Positions 26,221 to 37,899 of a DNA stretch of 64,000 nt are shown here, piece by piece. The first letter of the stretch is position 1. Each line of letters opens with the position of its first letter. Position numbers and translations under genes: made by a program. Source of the stretch: Eledone cirrhosa (Eukaryota); assembly GCA_964016885.1 (NCBI GenBank), contig OZ024740.1, positions 140,492,001-140,556,000 of the forward strand, written 5' to 3'. The notes below the pieces were generated by a model. The model ran no database searches. It was not told the origin of the DNA and saw nothing but the letters and a program-made list of their open reading frames with translations.

Positions 26221-29200
26221 TTCATATATATGGTTGGTGATAGACATCCATCTGTAGAAAGCATGCCAAAACTGAACCATATATCAGCGTGATGTGATCC
26301 TCAACTCATCTGGGAGGATAATAGCTTTGATAAAGTGCTGACCTGGTCTCTAGCAACCCAGCCAACCCATATAATCATGGAAATATTTGGTTTTGAATGA
26401 TGGTAATGATAATGATATGTTTTTTCTGAACTGTGTAGTTGGCTTGTAGGCTCCATGATAGCTCTTAAACAGTAGGTTTCTTCATACGTTTCATATAGCT
26501 GTCATAGAAAGAAGAAGAAAAGTGTTTGTACCAAATCTGTTCTTTCCTTTTAGTAGCTGTGGAACTCAAGAAAATTATCTAAATATTCTCAATTTCACTT
26601 GGAAGCCAACAATTTTGTGCACATGTTTCTTTTTATTTTAGTTTTGTCACTTGGGAAAAAAATCTGCATGCCATTTTATTCATTTTGTTTTTTTGCACAT
26701 ATAAATTTAGTTGGAATAAGTGCAATGAATCAAGTGGATTATAAAGTTGCTTAAATTCCTTTACAATCACAGTTTGAATTGCTGTTGCACTGATGTTTCA
26801 GTTTGCACAGAATAGATAGAAAATAAACATTAGTTCTGTGCTGATGTTGGTTTAAAACTTAGCTAAAGCATTGCACAGCCAGAATTTGAAATTATTTCAG
26901 CATCTTAGAGAGATTCTTAGTAATTTAGTCATGCAAGCTAATAAAATGCTTAGACTTTCTCTGTGTGTATAGGTTGGGGTAGGATGGGAGGCACTCTGAG
27001 GTAATCCACATTGATCTTTAAGTCCACAGGATTTCGATCTCAGTACTACTGCATAGTGAACCAGGTTAGTTAGTAAATGGACTGAGAAAAGTAGAAATTA
27101 ACATTTTCACATTCACCTGAACCTCGTTTTTTTTTCCACAATGATCCCCATACATTATATAATAGTGACGTGAGTTGCCATAATCTGATGCACTATTATT
27201 GGCCTTGTGGTTGGAATGTTGGGCCCATGATCATAGGGTTGTGGGTTTGATTTCTTGACCAGGAAACTGTGTTCTTGAGCAAGCTGCTTCATTGCTTTTC
27301 ATAACCCTATCATTGAACCACTCAAACAACTTCCTTTGAGAAGGCTAGCTAAACTTGCGAAAGTATTTGATGTTTCAAAAGAAATCAGTGTATGTGAAGT
27401 GGTGAGCAGGTGGTGTTGATTAATGTTGTTGAACCCTATGTCTCTACTGATCAAGCACAAATGATTAAAGCACAATTTGAAGTTACGAAGAACACATTGT
27501 CCAATGTGACCTTCCATTCCCGAAATAGTATTGTGTAATTTGAATGAGATTTGGCTGATATTTTGAGCTGGTCAAGTGTGGAAATAGGCTTTTTTATTGT
27601 TTTGAGTTAGTGGTATGGAAAGAAGGAAGATGGATACAAGTGTGTCGTTTGCTACAAAATTGTGTCCTATTAGTTACATACTCTGACTGCCACAATTACT
27701 CCATTTCACTGCCAATAATATGCCTGCTCCACACACCCACGATCTGTCACCCACCCAATTTAATTTGTACCTCTGTTCTTTATCTGTCCATCTTTACCCA
27801 TGTATCCAACACATATCTAGTATCTGTATAACTCTCCAGGCTGACCTTTCATTGTTCCAGTGCTGGCAGTTGCAGGTCTGACAGGAGAGATTCCAGTAGT
27901 GGCAGTATGATTATCTATTTCCTGCATCTGAAATGAAGAGTGTGTGTGGTGTGATCATTTAATGATGGTGGTCAAGGAATGTTCACACTTGACAACCCTA
28001 TTACTGTGTTTAGCATTAACATATTAAATGTTATCTATATAGAATTATTATTTTTCATTCTATTTGTAACTGTCATGATTTTTGGCAGGTTATATTAGTT
28101 GGAATAGTTAGTATTTGTTTCGGTTCTAAGCATTCTGAGTTAAAACTTTGCTGTTATCTGTTCACCTGGTTTCACACCACCACAAGACTTTTAGGGGCCT
28201 TCACTCCAGATTTGGCAATACCTTCCTTCCTCCATCCCTGACTAAACAATAAAAGAAAAAATATGAGAAAATGAGGGGTATCATTTTGTTCTATTTTTTC
28301 ATGTCAGAGGCAGATGTCTTTTTCTGGTACATATTTGGTGTTCAGTGGTTTCTATAATTATAAAGTAGACACAGCATGGCTAAATGGTCAAGGAGTTTGA
28401 AATCATTAAGTCCTAGGTTCAATTCCATTGTGTGGCATCTTGGAGAAGTGAACTTTACCATAGCTTTTGGTTAACTCTTGCTGTATCTGTGTCAGTCATT
28501 ATATCATGCTGAATCTCCTTGAGAACTACATAAAGGAAACTAATGTCTGTGGAATGTTCAGCCACTTCAACGTTAATTTCACAAGTAGGCTATTCTGCTA
28601 GTAAACAACTAGAACACTCATCATCGGTAATGATTTAGGTCTAGCGTACATAACATCCAAATTAAAAGCCACCATCCCCTAACAGTGATATGGCATTCTG
28701 TTGCATGAATAAAGAATGTGTTGTTGAAATGAAAACCCTTTTAAGAAACAAAGGTTTGCTGTTTGCCATAATGGGATGTAATTGAGAGGAAGACGGAGGT
28801 TTAAACACTTCGATTGTTTATCTCAAATTTAGGAATCTTTACTTCAATGGTTATTGTTTATATATGTATCTAACCTTTTTTTTCTGTTTGGGTCAGAGGT
28901 GTATTTATATGTGTGTGCATGTATGTTTATATATATTTGTTTGTGTATATAAGTGTGTGTATCTTTGTACAACTACTTACTTTATTAGTGTATTTTACTT
29001 GTGTTAAGTTGAAAATTTAAACAGAACCCTTTTATATACTGTTTATTGTGTATTTATTGTCTATATACAGCTAAAGGTTTTAAGCAATGTTTATAACAAC
29101 ACATGTTTTAAAGTTATTTTCCCTGGTGAAGCCAGGGAAAATAGCCTTAAAAGGTCCCATTATAGATTTCATACTTGCCATGGGGTCCTTTTTGAGACAG

Positions 29201-29337
29201 TGTTTTACAATTGAATGTCTTTATTGGCACCAATCCTTTTAATCGTCTCTAATGGCACACAGGGATATGGTGTGTCTATTTCAAACTTGATACACAGATT
29301 TAAAAGCATTGTATAATCAGCTTATATATAATATATA

Positions 29338-29519
29338 CAGGGTAGGCCATAATTAGCTTATGTGAATAAAAATGAAATCAGTGATATTAAGCTTTAATCC
29401 AAAAGTAATACATAGGCAAGTCATAAGTTTATATAGTTACATTAAATGTTCAAATTGCTGTCCATTTACAAGCATGTTATTGTTTCTTTGAATTAGTAAG
29501 CTGATTATGGCTTACCCTG
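29338..29519. mobile_element. Tc1/mariner-type MITE, 182 bp
   Basis: TIRs cagggtaggccataattagctta / taagctgattatggcttaccctg (23 bp, 2 mismatches), flanked by TA on both sides. Confidence 0.85.
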
Positions 29520-29952
29520 TATGTATGTTAGTGTATATACATTTATTTTATTTACTCTTTGTGGGACCATATTGAGCTTGGCATCACTTTACCATTTTCA
29601 TCCTTCAACCCTTACTATACACACACAGACAGACAGACACCAATTAAAGTAAATACCTGAGAAACTTCCTATGAGATGTAACCCCTTAGGAAACCAGTTA
29701 ATCCTACATATTTGCTTTCTGTTGTGCGATCAGGAGGTAAACATGGAACTCTGTGTGTGTGTGTGGATATATATATATATTCATTCATACACACACACCC
29801 CTCCTAAAACAAGCAATAAAACAAGGTATAAATTCAGTTTTCCCTTTTCTAAACCCAACTCAAACTTAAAAAATTTATCAAGCTATCAAACATCTCTTTC
29901 TACATAGTCTATATAGTTGTTTTTTTATTTAAATTTTTATATTTTTTAAATC

Positions 29953-29983
<31 letters not shown>

Positions 29984-30327
29984 ATTTTTTTATTTTTATT
30001 AAAGTAAGCTATTAATGTTTCCCTTCTCTCTGAATAAACATGCCGATATAAATCATTATATAAACCGTCATTCTCCTCAATATTTAAAGATTAATAATCA
30101 TATCCTCATTTATTAAAAAATTTTTTTTTTATCTTTTGGCAAGAAATTAAAATACAAATTAATGTCAAAAATAAAAAGAATAAAATAAAAAAAAACCCTC
30201 AAAAAAAAAATCAATTTCATCATCTTTGCAGATGGTTGTATTGTGTGGGTAATTTTGGTGCAACTAAACAGCAGACTGCTGCACTGCATATGTTGAACAC
30301 ATAATAAACACACACACCTGTCTGTTT

Positions 30328-30368
<41 letters not shown>

Positions 30369-30761
30369 GTGTGTATGTTTGTGTGTGTATATATGTGTGT
30401 GTGTATATACATGTATGTATATGTATATCATCACCATCGTTTAACGTCTATTTCCCACGTTAGCATGGGTTAGACAGGTTGTCCCATTTGAGACAAGTTG
30501 GGTCAGGTGACCATGTTTTACTCATAGAACTGTTTCTGGCTAAGTTTCTATGGCTGGATGCCCTCCCTAACGCCAACCACATTTGCAGTGTGGGCTGGGT
30601 GGTTTTTGTGTGACTCCTACACGACCACTTTACAGTATGGGTTGGGTGTTTTTGTCGTGACACCCACACAACCATTTTACAGTGTGGGCTGGATATATTT
30701 TGTTTAAAAATATGGAATGCTTAACAAATTTGCATTATATATGTGTATATATGTATGTATA

Positions 30762-30800
<39 letters not shown>

Positions 30801-31015
30801 ATGCATATATATAAATGCATATTCAAAGCTCGAGCTGCAGCTAAGCCGACGAATGCCTTCAGCAGTGCAGCCAAACATTCGACAAGGTCTAAACCTCAGA
30901 GTTTAAACCATACAGTTTAAAGGGCTTTGCAAATTGAAGATAGCGACCAGTAATTCAGCTGCGTGGTCTGTAGCAAGGAAAGAACTGACTCGCGAGAAAT
31001 AATACATACACATAT

Positions 31016-31037
<22 letters not shown>

Positions 31038-31057
<20 letters not shown>

Positions 31058-31373
31058 GGAGGCACATGGCTTAGTGGTTAGAACATTGGCCTTGCAATCG
31101 AAAGGTTGTGAGTTCTATTCTCAGACTGGGCGATGTGTTGTTTCCTTAAGCAAGACACTTTATTTCACATTGCTCCAGTTTACTCAGCTGTAGTTTATTC
31201 CTCTGCAAAGTGGTTGTGGAGGTGCCACAGAAAAAAAGCACCCAGCACTCACTGTAAATGAGGTTGGTGTTAGGAAGGGCATCCAGCTGTAGAAATCAAG
31301 TCAGAATCAGTTCCCGTCCCATCCTTGCAAGCAGGGAAAAGCGGACGTAAAATGAAATGATTGTTGATGATGA
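31038..31373 (+). mobile_element. tRNA-headed SINE with RTE tail
   Basis: Same family as 12895-13244. Confidence 0.88.
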
Positions 31374-31380
31374 TATATAT

Positions 31381-31769
31381 ATATATATAGAGAGAGAGGA
31401 AAATGTGAAGTTGTAGATGTTAGTCATTTATTAATTGAATCGTTATCCATGACGATAGATATCGTGATTTCTTTGGACAGCAAAATTGAGTAGAAGGTGA
31501 CATTTCCGAGGCAATTATGGGTGGAAGGGAACGGACAAAAAAAATGTATGATTTTGCTTTGGGGAGAAGGGAACAGACAACCAAAGTAAAAACATACAGT
31601 TTTTTAGTCCGCTCCCTTCCACACATAATTGCCTCAGAAATGTTACCTTCTACTCAATTTTGCTGTCTGAAGAAATCACGATATCTATCGTCATGGAAAT
31701 ATGTATAATGACTCAATTAATAAATGACTCTAACATCTACAACTTTGCATTTTTCTCTTTATATATATA
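31381..31769. mobile_element. Long foldback MITE, ~180-bp arms, in TA repeat
   Basis: gttgtagatgttag..tccatgacgatagatatcgtgatttct..gaggcaattatg is mirrored by cataattgcctc..agaaatcacgatatctatcgtcatgga..ctaacatctacaac. Confidence 0.88.
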
Positions 31770-32399
31770 CTCCGCCATCCTTATTTTAAAGAAGTAATAT
31801 GACGTTGAGTGTTTGAAATGAATTGAATCCTTGTATACCGAATATCATCATCATCATTATCCTCGTTTAACATCCACTTTCCATGCTAGCATGGGTTAGA
31901 CGAATATATATATATGTGTTACTTGAGTGTGAACTTTTCTAGATCCTTAAAACTAAACCCTACTAAAATATTTTACAGTGCTTCTCCTTGCAAAAGCCTA
32001 CAGACCTTTTATAGTGTAGTGCAAATTATTGTTTCATATTCCGACATCAGATCCCACAATTTTCTATATACTCTTACGAAATAGCTATAAATATATGAAT
32101 TTGACATGGTTTCCCTCTTGTCCATTCTCGCCACCACACACACACACTTACAGTACCTAGGAATAAGTGACAAAAAGCTGTAATGTAGTAGGATTTCCAT
32201 CGGCCCATCAGTTATCTTTTTGTATGTATTTGTGAACACTTCTGACTTTAAAACTAAAAACCTATTACTATTATATTTATAGTCTAAATCCTGTTGATTT
32301 TCATTAATTCTCCAAATTTCTAGATTCTTAAAACTAATCCTGACTAAAATGTTTCACAGCACTACTCCTAATATAAGAATACAGACCTCCTCTTATAGT

Positions 32400-32535
32400 C
32401 AAGGTACCACCAAGACAGATGGTTACATGGTGGTGGAATGCCAAGGTAGAAAGAGCCATTAAAATAAAAAGAAAAGCTTGGATAAAATGGTGGAACAGAG
32501 GAGAAGCTAGATGCCAAATATATCTAGCAAGGGGA
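32400..32535 (+). mobile_element. Short internal RTE fragment
   Basis: RQMVTWWWNAKVERAIKIKRKAWIKW, homologous to RRVTWWWNSKVEESIKAKKQAWKIW in the 46088 copy. Confidence 0.75.
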
Positions 32536-32654
32536 TAGAAAGGGCATACACACACACGTACATAGATGCACACACCAGGTCTGAACACAATGGAACCGAA
32601 CTCGCACTGTCACTGCCTCCATCTCTCCCACTCTCTCCATGTCTCACTATTGTG

Positions 32655-33478
32655 AGAAAATGGGGGCCCATGCGTTGGTCGCCTTGTAGCACCGGCAGAC
32701 AGAATATAGAAGGTGAGGGAGATGCACTGGAAGAGCCATTCCAGCGCATGAGGATCACAAGTGTGGCTAGCCAACTCTGTGCTTATAGTGGTGAGTAGGG
32801 AGGTGGTCCTAGGGCCAAGGACACCAGAAGTTTCCACTACTACGGGTTTGACTGCAAACCTGTCGGATAGCGATCAATATTTGGAGAGTTTACCCTCCTT
32901 GGCCTGAACTGCTGCAGAGTCTGGGTTAGTTGCAGATTACAGCAGGCTGCTGCTGGATAATGTGTTGCTGCTTGTGGCATCCCAGATAGAGGTTGACCAT
33001 TACAGAATGAGAAGCTAGTCTTGCTGTCTGGCCTTTTGCCATCAGTTTAGCCCCGCCGGCTTTCTAGCTGCAGTATCCAAGTCATGCTTTATGACTTCGT
33101 TGAGAGCAGCATGGTGTGGAGGGCAGCTGGCACTGCAGTGCCAGGACAGCGGGTGAAGGCTGAAAGAGCCTATGGAGCTTCTGCAGCAACATTAGTGTGG
33201 TTTGCAGATCTGGAGGCTGAGCTTCACAGAAACCCCGATTCGTAGGATATTATCCAGCTGCGTGCCAGTCAAAACGAAGGGTACGGCATAGAGCCAGGTA
33301 TCGCTGTTGGGTTGTGAGGCTGCAAAGTCCTCTGCGTCGTGGTTGACATTCGCCACCTCCAATATGGATGAGTTGACCTCGAGGCCGGTTCTTGGCAGAG
33401 CAGAAACAACCGATCACAGGTCATGTAAGACCGTCCACAGACCAGCCCAATGTGGCATCATCCAGGTACCAAACTTGA
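32655..33478 (-). mobile_element. Degenerate, internally deleted CRE-type RLE retrotransposon
   Basis: Minus strand: WYLDDATLG...LEVNSS joined to TQLDN...KRPD..T...WDAT...VETSGVLGPRTTSLLTTI; homologous to 54570-56030. Confidence 0.85.
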
Positions 33479-33954
33479 CAAATTAAAGGAGATCTATATA
33501 TAAGCAAGTTAAGATGGAATAGTTTTTTTTTCTACCTAATTTGTACTCCCAGAGTTTTTTTCTCACTTTTAATATATATCATCATCATCATCGTCGATTA
33601 ACATCTATCTACCATACTAGCATGGGTTAGACTGGTTTGTCCCATTTAGAGGCAAGTTGGATCAGGTGACCGTCTCTCGCTCATATAGGAAAGTTTCTGG
33701 CTGGTTTTCTACGGCTGGAAAAAAATATGGACAGGATATATATATATCATCATCATCATCACTGTTTTACGTCCGTTCTTCCATTTATGGTATTCTCTAC
33801 TCTCGTAATTTAAGACACAAAATTTATTGTGTTTATTTATACATATATTGCTATATAATGCTCAGTATTTATACTTTGAGCTTGTTTAATTGCAGGGTAT
33901 CAATATGAGTTAATAACTGTATTTTATTTGTATATATATATATATATATATATA

Positions 33955-34511
33955 TCGGGTCGTCGGCGACTAAACCGGCAACCCCACCAAGTTTATTTGG
34001 TGAGGAGGGTGATTTTGGACACCCTGCAGGACAAAAAAATGTACCTGACAAAGGGTGGAAGAACTCAGTCAACTGCCATCCAAAAGTGTGTAAATATGTA
34101 TATACACATGTACATATGTATGTATGTATATGTATATGTGTATATACATGGGTGCATGTGTATGTATATGCGCGGGGACATAGAAATAGTTGGGCTGGAC
34201 ACCCGATCACGCAGTTAAACCACTGGGAGTGAAGGGCCCCTAGCCTTTGTCAGGGCATTCTGCTAGGAGAAGGCAACTCAGGAAACTGGGATAATTCCGA
34301 CATAAAACCTGTGGCTCAGTAGTTACCGATGATGTTGATCTTTTCTTCTTTTCGGGTTATAGCTACTGTTGCTCAGAGAGTGGGATTGGCTCAGTGCACT
34401 GTCTTTCTTCACTTTAAAAAATATCTTCACACACCGGCATTGCACGATGGAATTAATTAATGATGCTATATCGTGCAATGGCCATACTCGATAACGAGGG
34501 GGCAGCCATCA
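33955..34511 (+). mobile_element. Diverged sister family of the bipartite RTE derivative (no zinc-finger segment; internal microsatellite)
   Basis: cgggtcgtcggcgactaaaccggcaaccccacc..ggtgaggagggt; ctaggagaagg; terminal atggc..ctcg ataa cgag..gccat. Confidence 0.75.
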
Positions 34512-34731
34512 TATGTATGTATGTATACGTGTATATATGTATATATGTATATATGTGTATATATATATATATATGTATGTATATATATGTGTATATATAT
34601 ATATAAATGTATGTATGTATGTGTATATGTATATGTCCTTGCAAGCAGGGAAAAGCGGACGTAAAATGATGATGTTATATATGTATATGTGTGTATGTAT
34701 ATATATATATATGTGTGTATGTATATATATG

Positions 34732-34812
<81 letters not shown>

Positions 34813-34853
34813 GTGCATACACACACATATATATATATGTATGTATATGGATG

Positions 34854-34887
<34 letters not shown>

Positions 34888-34951
34888 TGTATATTATGTC
34901 TGGCAGACACCATATATGTATGTATATATGTATGTATATATGTATATATAT
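34511..34951. repeat. Compound (TA)n/(TATG)n microsatellite tract (representative of many in the window)
   Basis: Direct inspection; it generates the spurious YI/VC-repeat ORFs. Confidence 0.95.
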
Positions 34952-35797
34952 GGAGATCTCTCTGCACTTGTCCTCACATGGGCCCAGCACTATGTGTCAA
35001 TGATTGTCCTACCATGGGCCTAGCACTATGTGTCAATGATTGTCACAGGTGTAGTGTTTGTACCAGAGGTTTCAAGTCGCTGGCTGGACTAAAAAGTCAC
35101 ACTCGTTCAGCGCTTCGGTAGGGGTTATCATACATGGATGTAAAGTAGTGGCCGTACTCGAAAACGAGTTGGCAGCCACCATATATGTATATATTATGTC
35201 AGGTCACCAGTTGGTGCTACTGGTAACATGTATCCCAGTACAACCTGTCCCATGGTCGGGTCATTGGCGACTAAGCTGGCAACCCCACCAAGGTTTCTTG
35301 GTGAGGAGGGTGACTTTGGACATCCTGCAGGACTAAAACCAAAACCTGTCAAAGGGCAAAGGAGCTCTTAAGAGTCAATGGCCATCCAAAATCACCGGGA
35401 GAGATGACCCCTTAGCCTTTGTCAAGGCAGAATTCTAGGAGAAGGAAAACTCTGATATAACACCTGCAACCCTGATGGTATCCAATGATGTTGACTTGTT
35501 CTTCTTTTGGGTAAATATCATCTTGGTTAAGAGAGTGGGACTGGCTTTGTGCAGTGCCTTTGCTTACTATAAAAGCTTCACGGCACAGGCATTGCTTTAT
35601 ATCTGGAGATCTCTCTGCACTTGTCATCACATGGTACTAGCACTATGTGTCAATAATTATCACAAGTGTAGTGTTTGTACCAGTTTTCAAGGTGCTGGCT
35701 GGACTAAAAAGTCACACTCGTTCAGCGCATCAGTAGGGGTTCTCCTACATGGATATAAAGTAGTGGCCGTACTCGAAAACGAGTTGGCAACCACCAT
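34951..35797 (+). mobile_element. Two tandem copies of the bipartite RTE derivative (3' half 34951-35180; longest copy 35196-35797)
   Basis: Near-identical to 8050-8630; the first carries a ~33-bp internal duplication (catgggcc.agcactatgtgtcaatgattgtc x2). Confidence 0.82.
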
Positions 35798-35806
35798 ATA
35801 TATATA

Positions 35807-36471
35807 TGGAGGCACATGGCTTAGTGGTTAGAGCATTGGCCTTGCAATCGAAAGGTTGTGAGTTCAATTCTCAGACCGGGTGATGTGTTGTTTCCTTGAG
35901 CAAGACACTTTATTTCGCATTGCTCCAGTTTACTCAGCTGTAGAAATGAGATGATAGGGACTGAGATCCATATCATTCCACTGCAAAGTGGTCGTGGAGG
36001 TGCCACGGCAAAAAAGCACCCAGCACTCACTGTAAATGAGGTTGGTGTTAGGAAGGGCATCCAGCTGTAGAAATCAAGTCAGAATCAGTTCCCGTCCCAC
36101 CCTTGCAAGCAGGGAAACTTTTTTATGGAGGCACATGACTTAGTGGTTAGAGCATTGGCCTTGCAATCGAAAGGTTGTGAGTTCAATTCTCAGATCGGGT
36201 GATGTGTTGTTTCCTTGAGCAAGACACTTCATTTCACACTGCTCCAGTTTACTCAGCTGTAGAAATGAGATGATAGGGACTGCGGTCCCTATCATTCCAC
36301 TGCAAAGTGGTCGTGGAGGTGCCACGGCAAAAAAAGCACCCAGCACTCACTGTAAATGAGGTTGGTGTTAGGAAGGGCATCCAGCTGTAGAAATCAAGCC
36401 AGAATCAGTTCCCATCCCACCCTTGCAAGCAGGGAAAAGTGGATGTAAAATGAAATGATGATGATGATGAT
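35807..36471 (+). mobile_element. Head-to-tail dimer of the RTE-tailed SINE
   Basis: Copies at 35807-36117 and 36127-36471 are joined by cttttttat. Confidence 0.9.
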
Positions 36472-37177
36472 GTGTGTATATATGTATATATATATATGTA
36501 TGTATGTGTGTATTTATATATATATATATATATATACATACACAAATGGAAAAAAAGTATTTACTCTCTGTGTTGAGTAGATAGACGTAAATATATGTTG
36601 TCGTATATCATAAATCAAGTCAAATCCCTTCAAAATTGCATGCCAATGGGATTTTGTATACAACACATTTATACTCCTGTATACACATATTTACACACAC
36701 ATCACTTTCTGGGACTATCTACATGCATACACACAAACGTATGTATGTGTGCATGTGTTTGTGTGTGTGTGTCTACAGTATGTGTGCATGGCATCCTTAT
36801 TTTTCTGTAATATTATTATATTATTCAGCTCAGCAACTGTTGCTGCAATAATATAATTCAGGTTGAATCTGATAGACATCCTGTTGACTCATCTCCTCAA
36901 ATTCATCTTGGAAAGATATGGAGGATTGGAATGGGACAGGAGTGGGGAAGGCATGTTGTTGGGTGTGGCATGAGAAGGGGGCACACATTGGTGCTGCATC
37001 CTACTGTTATCCTTCCCTTTTATCCCTCACTTTTGATTCTTTGATTCTGATCATTCACCATATTTTCAATAAGAATACAAATCAGATGGATTTCCTTCTT
37101 GCAAATAGATATTCAAATTTAAAACTTGAGCCTCTTGATATTCCTCCCTTCATATGTGACACACACATTCACTTGTG

Positions 37178-37220
<43 letters not shown>

Positions 37221-37685
37221 TCACATGTACACACAGATACATACATCACTGTGTCATAATATTCTGTTTTATCATCAGCCAATCAGCCATGCCTGAAATG
37301 ATTCCTGTTCTGTATTGCACCTAGGCACCAGGGCAGTGGGAGGAGGGGTTATGGAGGAGAGTGGTGACAGGAATTTGTAAAAAAAAGTATTTTTAAAAAA
37401 AAACAGTGATAGTAATGAAATATAAGAATGTTAAAAATAAGTCTTTTACATGTTCTTTATTTTATTTTCATATTATTATTATTATTACAGTCCTTTACAT
37501 TTTGTGTTAAGCTTGCAAGGTTTATTTTATTATGTTGTTCATAGAAAGCCATTTGTTGAAATTTTCAGATACTATACCTAGTGATCCTATTATAACTGGG
37601 ATTACTATTATTTCTCTGCAGTTTCACAGCCTTTGTAGTTATTGTCACCATTATTATTGTTGTTGTTGGTATTATTATTATTATT

Positions 37686-37899
37686 AGGGCAGTGAATTGG
37701 CAGACGCGTTAGTGTCTGAGAAAAGGCTTTGTGGTATTTAGTTATGGACCTTTAGGTTTTATGTTCAAATCCCGCCGAGGTAAACTTATGGGGTAGATGA
37801 GATAAAATACCAGTAATGCACTGGGGTTGATTTAATCAACTTTCCCCTTTCCTTCAAAATTGCTGGCCTTGTGCCAAATGTAGAAACTATTATTATTTA
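37686..37899 (+). mobile_element. tRNA-derived SINE with Meta-like central domain and (TAT)n tail
   Basis: gggcagtgaattggcaga..gttcaaatcccgccgaggt..gataaaataccag..ttgctggccttgtgcc..tattattatt; same family as 50060-50775 and 51530-51685. Confidence 0.7.

Noticed and set aside
34453-35121. Long ORFs rich in Y/I/M/C/V (also 13168-13995, 7890-8182)
   Set aside because: Translations of (TA)n/(TATG)n microsatellites.
35196-35285. Canonical HDV-like ribozyme call
   Set aside because: GG-g-P4-CUAA-P2 can be drawn, but no consistent P1/P3/L3 was found. Kept only as a structured-RNA candidate.
35807-35880. Possible genuine tRNA gene
   Set aside because: No acceptor stem or terminator; it continues into a SINE body present in many copies.
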